NCBI GenBank assembly: GCA_964057225.1
Contig: OZ059898.1
Span: 1,054,001 to 1,118,000 of the forward strand
DNA length: 64,000 bases
Origin: Auanema rhodensis
Taxonomy: Eukaryota > Animalia > Nematoda
Direction: 5' to 3'
In this document: piece after piece, positions 40,901 to 54,049 of the stretch
Position numbering within the stretch: the stretch's first letter is position 1
Layout: each line of letters opens with the position of its first letter
The notes under the pieces: generated by a model
The model's input: only the letters and a program-made list of their open reading frames with translations
Told to the model about the DNA's origin: nothing
The model's database searches: none
Made by a program: the position numbers and the translations under genes

Positions 40901-43900
40901 AAAAATTTTTGTCAAAATGTTTTTGGAAGCAATGTTGAGTGTACATGGAAACTCAACATACACTAATGCATCATTTTTCAAACGATCATAACTAATTTTT
41001 GTATTAAGCGTTTCTCAATGTAATATAGTGCATTCGATGCGGATTTTTAAGCTGCGTCGATCTGTGTTATCAGATTTGCGCTAGCTTAAAAATGCACCGA
41101 GATATCAACTGATATAAGTTCACACTTATATCCTCGATTTTCACCCTGAAGAATTAATTTTTTCGTTGAATAACATTATCCATCGTTTTTGCCTTGAAAA
41201 ATGGAATCTAAAAACATCTACTTTTTGCTAAATTATCTTGAAATTTTTCGAAAAAATTTTTGTCAAAATGTTTTTGGAAGCAATGTTGAGTGTACATGGA
41301 AACTCAACATACACTAATGCATCATTTTTCAAACGATCATAACTAATTTTTGTATTAAGCGTTTCTCAATGTAATATAGTGCATTCGATGCGGATTTTTA
41401 AGCAGCGTCGATCTGTGATATCAGATTTGCGCTAGCTTAAAAATGCACCGAGATATCAACTGATATAAGTTCACACTTATATCCTCGATTTTCACCCTGA
41501 AGAATTAATTTTTTCGTTGAATAACATTGTCCATCGTCTTTGCCTTGAAAAAAGGAATCTAAAAACATCTACTTTTTGCTAAATTATTTTGAAATTTTTT
41601 GAAAAAATTTTTGTCAAAATGTTTTTGGAAGCAATGTTGAGTGTACATGGAAACTCAACATACACTAATGCATCATTTTTCAAACGATCATAACTAATTT
41701 TTGTATTAAGCGTTTCTCAATGTAATATAGTGCATTCGATGCGGATTTTTAAGCTGCGTCGATCTGTGTTATCAGATTTGCGCTAGCTTAAAAATGCACC
41801 GAGATATCAACTGATATAAGTTCACACTTATATCCTCGATTTTCACCCTGAAGAATTAATTTTTTCGTTGAATAACATTGTCCATCGTCTTTGCCTTGAA
41901 AAATGGAATCTAAAAACATCTACTTTTTGCTAAATTATCTTGAAATTTTTCGAAAAAATTTTTGTCAAAATGTTTTTGGAAGCAATGTTGAGTGTACATG
42001 GAAACTCAACATACACTAATGCATCATTTTTCAAACGATCATAACTAATTTTTGTATTAAGCGTTTCTCAATGTAATATAGTGCATTCGATGCGGATTTT
42101 TAAGCTGCGTCGATCTGTGTTATCAGATTTGCGCTAGCTTAAAAATGCACCGAGATATCAACTGATATAAGTTCACACTTATATCCTCGATTTTCACCCT
42201 GAAGAATTAATTTTTTCGTTGAATAACATTGTCCATCGTCTTTGCCTTGAAAAAAGGAATCTAAAAACATCTACTTTTTGCTAAATTATTTTGAAATTTT
42301 TTGAAAAAATTTTTGTCAAAATGTTTTTGGAAGCAATGTTGAGTGTACATGGAAACTCAACATACACTAATGCATCATTTTTCAAACGATCATAACTAAT
42401 TTTTGTATTAAGCGTTTCTCAATGTAATATAGTGCATTCGATGCGGATTTTTAAGCTGCGTCGATCTGTGTTATCAGATTTGCGCTAGCTTAAAAATGCA
42501 CCGAGATATCAACTGATATAAGTTCACACTTATATCCTCGATTTTCACCCTGAAGAATTAATTTTTTCGTTGAATAACATTGTCCATCGTCTTTGCCTTG
42601 AAAAAAGGAATCTAAAAACATCTACTTTTTGCTAAATTATTTTGAAATTTTTTGAAAAAATTTTTGTCAAAATGTTTTTGGAAGCAATGTTGAGTGTACA
42701 TGGAAACTCAACATACACTAATGCATCATTTTTCAAACGATCATAACTAATTTTTGTATTAAGCGTTTCTCAATGTAATATAGTGCATTCGATGCGGATT
42801 TTTAAGCTGCGTCGATCTGTGTTATCAGATTTGCGCTAGCTTAAAAATGCACCGAGATATCAACTGATATAAGTTCACACTTATATCCTCGATTTTCACC
42901 CTGAAGAATTAATTTTTTCGTTGAATAACATTGTCCATCGTCTTTGCCTTGAAAAAAGGAATCTAAAAACATCTACTTTTTGCTAAATTATTTTGAAATT
43001 TTTCGAAAAAATTTTTGTCAAAATGTTTTTGGAAGCAATGTTGAGTGTACATGGAAACTCAACATACACTAATGCATCATTTTTCAAACGATCATAACTA
43101 ATTTTTGTATTAAGCGTTTCTCAATGTAATATAGTGCATTCGATGCGGATTTTTAAGCTGCGTCGATCTGTGTTATCAGATTTGCGCTAGCTTAAAAATG
43201 CACCGAGATATCAACTGATATAAGTTCACACTTATATCCTCGATTTTCACCCTGAAGAATTAATTTTTTCGTTGAATAACATTGTCCATCGTCTTTGCCT
43301 TGAAAAATGGAATCTAAAAACATCTACTTTTCGCTAAATTATCTTGAAATTTTTCGAAAAAATTTTTGTCAAAATGTTTTTGGAAGCAATGTTGAGTGTA
43401 CATGGAAACTCAACATACACTAATGCATCATTTTTCAAACGATCATAACTAATTTTTGTATTAAGCGTTTCTCAATGTAATATAGTGCATTCGATGCGGA
43501 TTTTTAAGCTGCGTCGATCTGTGTTATCAGATTTGCGCTAGCTTAAAAATGCACCGAGATATCAACTGATATAAGTTCACACTTATATCCTCGATTTTCA
43601 CCCTGAAGAATTAATTTTTTCGTTGAATAACATTGTCCATCGTCTTTGCCTTGAAAAAAGGAATCTAAAAACATCTACTTTTTGCTAAATTATTTTGAAA
43701 TTTTTCGAAAAAATTTTTGTCAAAATGTTTTTGGAAGCAATGTTGAGTGTACATGGAAACTCAACATACACTAATGCATCATTTTTCAAACGATCATAAC
43801 TAATTTTTGTATTAAGCGTTTCTCAATGTAGTATAGTGCATTTGATGCGGATTTTTAAGCTGCGTCGATCTGTGTTATCAGATTTGCGCTAGCTTAAAAA

Positions 43901-46900
43901 TGCACCGAGATATCAACTGATATAAGTTCACACTTATATCCTCGATTTTCACCCTGAAGAATTAATTTTTTCGTTGAATAACATTGTCCATCGTTTTTGC
44001 CTTGAAAAATGGAATCTAAAAACATCTACTTTTTGCTAAATTATCTTGAAATTTTTCGAAAAAATTTTTGTCAAAATGTTTTTGGAAGCAATGTTGAGTG
44101 TACATGGAAACTCAACATACACTAATGCATCATTTTTCAAACGATCATAACTAATTTTTGTATTAAGCGTTTCTCAATGTAATATAGTGCATTCGATGCG
44201 GATTTTTAAGCAGCGTCGATCTGTGATATCAGATTTGCGCTAGCTTAAAAATGCACCGAGATATCAACTGATATAAGTTCACACTTATATCCTCGATTTT
44301 CACCCTGAAGAATTAATTTTTTCGTTGAATAACATTGTCCATCGTCTTTGCCTTGAAAAAAGGAATCTAAAAACATCTACTTTTTGCTAAATTATTTTGA
44401 AATTTTTCGAAAAAATTTTTGTCAAAATGTTTTTGGAAGCAATGTTGAGTGTACATGGAAACTCAACATACACTAATGCATCATTTTTCAAACGATCATA
44501 ACTAATTTTTGTATTAAGCGTTTCTCAATGTAGTATAGTGCATTTGATGCGGATTTTTAAGCTGCGTCGATCTGTGTTATCAGATTTGCGCTAGCTTAAA
44601 AATGCACCGAGATATCAACTGATATAAGTTCACACTTATATCCTCGATTTTCACCCTGAAGAATTAATTTTTTCGTTGAATAACATTGTCCATCGTCTTT
44701 GCCTTGAAAAAAGGAATCTAAAAACATCTACTTTTTGCTAAATTATTTTGAAATTTTTTGAAAAAATTTTTGTCAAAATGTTTTTGGAAGCAATGTTGAG
44801 TGTACATGGAAACTCAACATACACTAATGCATCATTTTTCAAACGATCATAACTAATTTTTGTATTAAGCGTTTCTCAATGTAGTATAGTGCATTTGATG
44901 CGGATTTTTAAGCTGCGTCGATCTGTGTTATCAGATTTGCGCTAGCTTAAAAATGCACCGAGATATCAACTGATATAAGTTCACACTTATATCCTCGATT
45001 TTCACCCTGAAGAATTAATTTTTTCGTTGAATAACATTGTCCATCGTCTTTGCCTTGAAAAAAGGAATCTAAAAACATCTACTTTTTGCTAAATTATTTT
45101 GAAATTTTTCGAAAAAATTTTTGTCAAAATGTTTTTGGAAGCAATGTTGAGTGTACATGGAAACTCAACATACACTAATGCATCATTTTTCAAACGATCA
45201 TAACTAATTTTTGTATTAAGCGTTTCTCAATGTAATATAGTGCATTCGATGCGGATTTTTAAGCTGCGTCGATCTGTGTTATCAGATTTGCGCTAGCTTA
45301 AAAATGCACCGAGATATCAACTGATATAAGTTCACACTTATATCCTCGATTTTCACCCTGAAGAATTAATTTTTTCGTTGAATAACATTGTCCATCGTCT
45401 TTGCCTTGAAAAAAGGAATCTAAAAACATCTACTTTTTGCTAAATTATTTTGAAATTTTCCGAAAAAATTTTTGTCAAAATGTTTTTGGAAGCAATGTTG
45501 AGTGTACATGGAAACTCAACATACACTAATGCATCATTTTTCAAACGATCATAACTAATTTTTGTATTAAGCGTTTCTCAATGTAGTATAGTGCATTTGA
45601 TGCGGATTTTTAAGCTGCGTCGATCTGTGTTATCAGATTTGCGCTAGCTTAAAAATGCACCGAGATATCAACTGATATAAGTTCACACTTATATCCTCGA
45701 TTTTCACCCTGAAGAATTAATTTTTTCGTTGAATAACATTGTCCATCGTCTTTGCCTTGAAAAAAGGAATCTAAAAACATCTACTTTTTGCTAAATTATT
45801 TTGAAATTTTTCGAAAAAATTTTTGTCAAAATGTTTTTGGAAGCAATGTTGAGTGTACATGGAAACTCAACATACACTAATGCATCATTTTTCAAACGAT
45901 CATAACTAATTTTTGTATTAAGCGTTTCTCAATGTAATATAGTGCATTCGATGCGGATTTTTAAGCTGCGTCGATCTGTGTTATCAGATTTGCGCTAGCT
46001 TAAAAATGCACCGAGATATCAACTGATATAAGTTCACACTTATATCCTCGATTTTCACCCTGAAGAATTAATTTTTTCGTTGAATAACATTGTCCATCGT
46101 CTTTGCCTTGAAAAAAGGAATCTAAAAACATCTACTTTTTGCTAAATTATTTTGAAATTTTTCGAAAAAATTTTTGTCAAAATGTTTTTGGAAGCAATGT
46201 TGAGTGTACATGGAAACTCAACATACACTAATGCATCATTTTTCAAACGATCATAACTAATTTTTGTATTAAGCGTTTCTCAATGTAGTATAGTGCATTT
46301 GATGCGGATTTTTAAGCTGCGTCGATCTGTGTTATCAGATTTGCGCTAGCTTAAAAATGCACCGAGATATCAACTGATATAAGTTCACACTTATATCCTC
46401 GATTTTCACCCTGAAGAATTAATTTTTTCGTTGAATAACATTGTCCATCGTTTTTGCCTTGAAAAATGGAATCTAAAAACATCTACTTTTTGCTAAATTA
46501 TCTTGAAATTTTTCGAAAAAATTTTTGTCAAAATGTTTTTGGAAGCAATGTTGAGTGTACATGGAAACTCAACATACACTAATGCATCATTTTTCAAACG
46601 ATCATAACTAATTTTTGTATTAAGCGTTTCTCAATGTAATATAGTGCATTCGATGCGGATTTTTAAGCAGCGTCGATCTGTGTTATCAGATTTGCGCTAG
46701 CTTAAAAATGCACCGAGATATCAACTGATATAAGTTCACACTTATATCCTCGATTTTCACCCTGAAGAATTAATTTTCTCGTTGAATAACATTGTCCATC
46801 GTCTTTGCCTTGAAAAATGGAATCTAAAAACATCTACTTTTTGCTAAATTATTTTGAAATTTTTCGAAACAATTTTTGTCAAAATGTTTTTGGAAGCAAT

Positions 46901-49900
46901 GTTGAGTGTACATGGAAACTCAACATACACTAATGCATCATTTTTCAAACGATCATAACTAATTTTTGTATTAAGCGTTTCTCAATGTAGTATAATGCAT
47001 TCGATGCGGATTTTTAAACTGCGTCGATCTGTGTTATCAGATTTGCGCTAGCTTAAAAATGCACCGAGATATCAACTGATATAAGTTCACACTTATATCC
47101 TCGATTTTCACCCTGAAGAATTAATTTTTTCGTTGAATAACATTGTCCATCGTCTTTGCCTTGAAAAAAGGAATCTAAAAACATCTACTTTTTGCTAAAT
47201 TATTTTGAAATTTTCCGAAAAAATTTTTGTCAAAATGTTTTTGGAAGCAATGTTGAGTGTACATGGAAACTCAACATACACTAATGCATCATTTTTCAAA
47301 CGATCATAACTAATTTTTGTATTAAGCGTTTCTCAATGTAGTATAGTGCATTTGATGCGGATTTTTAAGCTGCGTCGATCTGTGTTATCAGATTTGCGCT
47401 AGCTTAAAAATGCACCGAGATATAAACTGATATAAGTTCACACTTATATCCTCGATTTTCACCCTGAAGAATTAATTTTTTCGTTGAATAACATTGTCCA
47501 TCGTCTTTGCCTTGAAAAAAGGAATCTAAAAACATCTACTTTTTGCTAAATTATTTTGAAATTTTTCGAAAAAATTTTTGTCAAAATGTTTTTGGAAGCA
47601 ATGTTGAGTGTACATGGAAACTCAACATACACTAATGCATCATTTTTCAAACGATCATAACTAATTTTTGTATTAAGCGTTTCTCAATGTAGTATAGTGC
47701 ATTTGATGCGGATTTTTAAGCTGCGTCGATCTGTGTTATCAGATTTGCGCTAGCTTAAAAATGCACCGAGATATCAACTGATATAAGTTCACACTTATAT
47801 CCTCGATTTTCACCCTGAAGAATTAATTTTTTCGTTGAATAACATTGTCCATCGTCTTTGCCTTGAAAAAAGGAATCTAAAAACATCTACTTTTTGCTAA
47901 ATTATTTTGAAATTTTTCGAAAAAATTTTTGTCAAAATGTTTTTGGAAGCAATGTTGAGTGTACATGGAAACTCAACATACACTAATGCATCATTTTTCA
48001 AACGATCATAACTAATTTTTGTATTAAGCGTTTCTCAATGTAGTATAGTGCATTTGATGCGGATTTTTAAGCTGCGTCGATCTGTGTTATCAGATTTGCG
48101 CTAGCTTTAAAATGCACCGAGATATCAACTGATATAAGTTCACACTTATATCCTCGATTTTCACCCTGAAGAATTAATTTTTTCGTTGAATAACATTGTC
48201 CATCGTCTTTGCCTTGAAAAATGGAATCTAAAAACATCTACTTTTTGCTAAATTATCTTGAAATTTTTCGAAAAAATTTTTGTCAAAATGTTTTTGGAAG
48301 CAATGTTGAGTGTACATGGAAACTCAACATACACTAATGCATCATTTTTCAAACGATCATAACTAATTTTTGTATTAAGCGTTTCTCAATGTAATATAGT
48401 GCATTCGATGCGGATTTTTAAGCTGCGTCGATCTGTGTTATCAGATTTGCGCTAGCTTAAAAATGCACCGAGATATCAACTGATATAAGTTCACACTTAT
48501 ATCCTCGATTTTCACCCTGAAGAATTAATTTTTTCGTTGAATAACATTGTCCATCGTCTTTGCCTTGAAAAAAGGAATCTAAAAACATCTACTTTTTGCT
48601 AAATTATTTTGAAATTTTTCGAAAAAATTTTTGTCAAAATGTTTTTGGAAGCAATGTTGAGTGTACATGGAAGCTCAACATACACTAATGCATCATTTTT
48701 CAAACGATCATAACTAATTTTTGTATTAAGCGTTTCTCAATGTAGTATAGTGCATTTGATGCGGATTTTTAAGCTGCGTCGATCTGTGTTATCAGATTTG
48801 CGCTAGCTTAAAAATGCACCGAGATATCAACTGATATAAGTTCACACTTATATCCTCGATTTTCACCCTGAAGAATTAATTTTTTCGTTGAATAACATTG
48901 TCCATCGTCTTTGCCTTGAAAAATGGAATCTAAAAACATCTACTTTTTGCTAAATTATTTTGAAATTTTTCGAAACAATTTTTGTCAAAATGTTTTTGGA
49001 AGCAATGTTGAGTGTACATGGAAACTCAACATACACTAATGCATCATTTTTCAAACGATCATAACTAATTTTTGTATTAAGCGTTTCTCAATGTAGTATA
49101 GTGCATTTGATGCGGATTTTTAAGCTGCGTCGATCTGTGTTATCAGATTTGCGCTAGCTTAAAAATGCACCGAGATATCAACTGATATAAGTTCACACTT
49201 ATATCCTCGATTTTCACCCTGAAGAATTAATTTTCTCGTTGAATAACATTGTCCATCGTCTTTGCCTTGAAAAATGGAATCTAAAAACATCTACTTTTTG
49301 CTAAATTATTTTGAAATTTTTCGAAACAATTTTTGTCAAAATGTTTTTGGAAGCAATGTTGAGTGTACATGGAAACTCAACATACACTAATGCATCATTT
49401 TTCAAACGATCATAACTAATTTTTGTATTAAGCGTTTCTCAATGTAGTATAATGCATTCGATGCGGATTTTTAAACTGCGTCGATCTGTGTTATCAGATT
49501 TGCGCTAGCTTAAAAATGCACCGAGATATCAACTGATATAAGTTCACACTTATATCCTCGATTTTCACCCTGAAGAATTAATTTTTTCGTTGAATAACAT
49601 TGTCCATCGTCTTTGCCTTGAAAAAAGGAATCTAAAAACATCTACTTTTTGCTAAATTATTTCGAAATTTTCCGAAAAAATTTTTGTCAAAATGTTTTTG
49701 GAAGCAATGTTGAGTGTACATGGAAACTCAACATACACTAATGCATCATTTTTCAAACGATCATAACTAATTTTTGTATTAAGCGTTTCTCAATGTAGTA
49801 TAATGCATTCGATGCGGATTTTTAAACTGCGTCGATCTGTGTTATCAGATTTGCGCTAGCTTAAAAATGCACCGAGATATCAACTGATATAAGTTCACAC

Positions 49901-52900
49901 TTATATCCTCGATTTTCACCCTGAAGAATTAATTTTCTCGTTGAATAACATTGTCCATCGTCTTTGCCTTGAAAAATGGAATCTAAAAACATCTACTTTT
50001 TGCTAAATTATTTTGAAATTTTTCGAAACAATTTTTGTCAAAATGTTTTTGGAAGCAATGTTGAGTGTACATGGAAACTCAACATACACTAATGCATCAT
50101 TTTTCAAACGATCATAACTAATTTTTGTATTAAGCGTTTCTCAATGTAGTATAGTGCATTTGATGCGGATTTTTAAGCTGCGTCGATCTGTGTTATCAGA
50201 TTTGCGCTAGCTTAAAAATGCACCGAGATATCAACTGATATAAGTTCACACTTATATCCTCGATTTTCACCCTGAAGAATTAATTTTCTCGTTGAATAAC
50301 ATTGTCCATCGTCTTTGCCTTGAAAAATGGAATCTAAAAACATCTACTTTTTGCTAAATTATTTTGAAATTTTTCGAAACAATTTTTGTCAAAATGTTTT
50401 TGGAAGCAATGTTGAGTGTACATGGAAACTCAACATACACTAATGCATCATTTTTCAAACGATCATAACTAATTTTTGTATTAAGCGTTTCTCAATGTAG
50501 TATAATGCATTCGATGCGGATTTTTAAACTGCGTCGATCTGTGTTATCAGATTTGCGCTAGCTTAAAAATGCACCGAGATATCAACTGATATAAGTTCAC
50601 ACTTATATCCTCGATTTTCACCCTGAAGAATTAATTTTCTCGTTGAATAACATTGTCCATCGTCTTTGCCTTGAAAAATGGAATCTAAAAACATCTACTT
50701 TTTGCTAAATTATTTTGAAATTTTCCGAAAAAATTTTTGTCAAAATGTTTTTGGAAGCAATGTTGAGTGTACATGGAAACTCAACATACACTAATGCATC
50801 ATTTTTCAAACGATCATAACTAATTTTTGTATTAAGCGTTTCTCAATGTAGTATAGTGCATTTGATGCGGATTTTTAAGCTGCGTCGATCTGTGTTATCA
50901 GATTTGCGCTAGCTTAAAAATGCACCGAGATATCAACTGATATAAGTTCACACTTATATCCTCGATTTTCACCCTGAAGAATTAATTTTTTCGTTGAATA
51001 ACATTGTCCATCGTCTTTGCCTTGAAAAAAGGAATCTAAAAACATCTACTTTTTGCTAAATTATTTTGAAATTTTTCGAAAAAATTTTTGTCAAAATGTT
51101 TTTGGAAGCAATGTTGAGTGTACATGGAAACTCAACATACACTAATGCATCATTTTTCAAACGATCATAACTAATTTTTGTATTAAGCGTTTCTCAATGT
51201 AGTATAGTGCATTTGATGCGGATTTTTAAGCTGCGTCGATCTGTGTTATCAGATTTGCGCTAGCTTTAAAATGCACCGAGATATCAACTGATATAAGTTC
51301 ACACTTATATCCTCGATTTTCACCCTGAAGAATTAATTTTTTCGTTGAATAACATTGTCCATCGTCTTTGCCTTGAAAAAAGGAATCTAAAAACATCTAC
51401 TTTTTGCTAAATTATTTTGAAATTTTTCGAAAAAATTTTTGTCAAAATGTTTTTGGAAGCAATGTTGAGTGTACATGGAAACTCAACATACACTAATGCA
51501 TCATTTTTCAAACGATCATAACTAATTTTTGTATTAAGCGTTTCTCAATGTAGTATAGTGCATTTGATGCGGATTTTTAAGCTGCGTCGATCTGTGTTAT
51601 CAGATTTGCGCTAGCTTAAAAATGCACCGAGATATCAACTGATATAAGTTCACACTTATATCTTCGATTTTCACCCTGAAGAATTAATTTTTTCGTTGAA
51701 TAACATTGTCCATCGTCTTTGCCTTGAAAAATGGAATATAAAAACATCTACTTTTTGCTAAATTATTTTGAAATTTTTCGAAACAATTTTTGTCAAAATG
51801 TTTTTGGAAGCAATGTTGAGTGTACATGGAAACTCAACATACACTAATGCATCATTTTTCAAACGATCATAACTAATTTTTGTATTAAGCGTTTCTCAAT
51901 GTAGTATAATGCATTCGATGCGGATTTTTAAACTGCGTCGATCTGTGTTATCAGATTTGCGCTAGCTTAAAAATGCACCGAGATATCAACTGATATAAGT
52001 TCACACTTATATCCTCGATTTTCACCCTGAAGAATTAATTTTTTCGTTGAATAACATTGTCCATTGTCTTTGCCTTGAAAAAAGGAATCTAAAAACATCT
52101 ACTTTTTGCTAAATTATTTTGAAATTTTTCGAAAAAATTTTTGTCAAAATGTTTTTGGAAGCAATGTTGAGTGTACATGGAAACTCAACATACACTAATG
52201 CATCATTTTTCAAACGATCATAACTAATTTTTGTATTAAGCGTTTCTCAATGTAGTATAGTGCATTTGATGCGGATTTTTAAGCTGCGTCGATCTGTGTT
52301 ATCAGATTTGCGCTAGCTTAAAAATGCACCGAGATATCAACTGATATAAGTTCACACTTATATCTTCGATTTTCACCCTGAAGAATTAATTTTTTCGTTG
52401 AATAACATTGTCCATCGTCTTTGCCTTGAAAAATGGAATATAAAAACATCTACTTTTTGCTAAATTATTTTGAAATTTTTCGAAAAAATTTTTGTCAAAA
52501 TGTTTTTGGAAGCAATGTTGAGTGTACATGGAAACTCAACATACACTAATGCATCATTTTTCAAACGATCATAACTAATTTTTGTATTAAGCGTTTCTCA
52601 ATGTAGTATAGTGCATTTGATGCGGATTTTTAAGCTGCGTCGATCTGTGTTATCAGATTTGCGCTAGCTTAAAAATGCACCGAGATATCAACTGATATAA
52701 GTTCACACTTATATCTTCGATTTTCACCCTGAAGAATTAATTTTTTCGTTGAATAACATTGTCCATCGTCTTTGCCTTGAAAAATGGAATATAAAAACAT
52801 CTACTTTTTGCTAAATTATTTTGAAATTTTTCGAAACAATTTTTGTCAAAATGTTTTTGGAAGCAATGTTGAGTGTACATGGAAACTCAACATACACTAA

Positions 52901-54049
52901 TGCATCATTTTTCAAACGATCATAACTAATTTTTGTATTAAGCGTTTCTCAATGTAGTATAATGCATTCGATGCGGATTTTTAAACTGCGTCGATCTGTG
53001 TTATCAGATTTGCGCTAGCTTAAAAATGCACCGAGATATCAACTGATATAAGTTCACACTTATATCCTCGATTTTCACCCTGAAGAATTAATTTTTTCGT
53101 TGAATAACATTGTCCATTGTCTTTGCCTTGAAAAAAGGAATCTAAAAACATCTACTTTTTGCTAAATTATTTTGAAATTTTTCGAAAAAATTTTTGTCAA
53201 AATGTTTTTGGAAGCAATGTTGAGTGTACATGGAAACTCAACATACACTAATGCATCATTTTTCAAACGATCATAACTAATTTTTGTATTAAGCGTTTCT
53301 CAATGTAGTATAGTGCATTTGATGCGGATTTTTAAGCTGCGTCGATCTGTGTTATCAGATTTGCGCTAGCTTAAAAATGCACCGAGATATCAACTGATAT
53401 AAGTTCACACTTATATCCTCGATTTTCACCCTGAAGAATTAATTTTTTCGTTGAATAACATTGTCCATCGTCTTTGCCTTGAAAAAAGGAATCTAAAAAC
53501 ATCTACTTTTTGCTAAATTATTTTGAAATTTTTCGAAAAAATTTTTGTCAAAATGTTTTTGGAAGCAATGTTGAGTGTACATGGAAACTCAACATACACT
53601 AATGCATCATTTTTCAAACGATCATAACTAATTTTTGTATTAAGCGTTTCTCAATGTAGTATAGTGCATTTGATGCGGATTTTTAAGCTGCGTCGAGCTG
53701 TGTTATCAGATTTGCGCTAGCTTTAAAATGCACCGAGATATCAACTGATATAAGTTCACACTTATATCCTCGATTTTCACCCTGAAGAATTATTTTTTTC
53801 GTTGAATAACATTGTCCATCGTCTTTGCCTTGAAAAAAGGAATCTAAAAACATCTACTTTTTGCTAAATTATTTTGAAATTTTTCGAAAAAATTTTTGTC
53901 AAAATGTTTTTGGAAGCAATGTTGAGTGTACATGGAAACTCAACATACACTAATGCATCATTTTTCAAACGATCATAACTAATTTTTGTATTAAGCGTTT
54001 CTCAATGTAGTATAATGCATTCGATGCGGATTTTTAAACTGCGTCGATC

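Noticed and set aside
46992-46997. TATAAT (-10 box-like) created by G317A, and hairpins resembling terminators
   Set aside because: Chance motifs in 69% AT eukaryotic-type satellite DNA with no associated genes.
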